Shown: positions 63,787-64,000 of the stretch, in pieces
Position numbering within the stretch: position 1 is the stretch's first letter
How the letters are laid out: every line of letters begins with the position of its first letter
NCBI GenBank assembly: GCA_964106915.2
Contig: OZ066914.1
Source of the DNA: Podarcis gaigeae
Taxonomy: Eukaryota
Strand: one strand, 5' to 3'
DNA: 64,000 bases
The notes under the pieces: generated by a model
What the model was told of the DNA's origin: nothing
What the model saw: only the letters and a program-made list of their open reading frames with translations
The model's database searches: none
Position numbers and translations under genes: made by a program

Positions 63787-64000
63787 CTGTTCACAGTTTG
63801 CCATGGTTTGCCTTATGGTGACATGAAAACTGAGCCATTGTGTTATACTACAAGTGAATACAGAAGGCAAATAGGGAAGGCAACTCTATGTCTAAAATGT
63901 TTAGCTCAATCCTGAAGAGTATTGATCTTGAGACACTAAAATTAAGTATGCTTCCATGCAATAAAGGAATCAACATATTTAATTAATGCAAAACTTGTGA

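Larger units (their letters stand above)
3015..64000 (-). other. NCKAP5: Large NCKAP5 intron upstream of the exon (more than 60 kb)
   Basis: By eye I found no sequence encoding the expected preceding exon (REKLAVARLQREVAQ...M). Content is TE fragments and AT-rich unique DNA; NCKAP5 is known to have very long 5' introns. Confidence 0.7.

Overview
Eukaryotic, AT-rich vertebrate DNA, almost certainly a squamate reptile and probably a lacertid lizard, judged from the Sauria SINEs, Squam3-like SINEs, BovB and lizard-type hAT/pogo MITEs. The only protein-coding sequence I can support is one 134-bp minus-strand exon of NCKAP5 (2881-3014). The rest appears to be NCKAP5 intron: about 2.9 kb downstream and more than 60 kb upstream, where I found no further exon. 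That intron holds short transposable-element fragments, microsatellites and two assembly gaps. Nearly all ORF-track entries are spurious or TE-derived. There is no CRISPR array, operon or clearly new gene system. Best leads: (1) three short retroposons share one CR1-type 3' tail but carry different tRNA heads (Ile-, Asn- and Lys-like), and the Asn head keeps compensatory stem changes; (2) a 5S-rRNA-like head sits on the same tail as the Squam3-like SINEs; (3) a Penelope-type minimal hammerhead ribozyme core lies in an inverted-repeat structure next to a gap; (4) younger elements are repeatedly nested inside old hairpin elements; (5) two bipartite CTCF-like sites and a possible internal NCKAP5 promoter. 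All family assignments come from remembered consensus sequences, not database searches.
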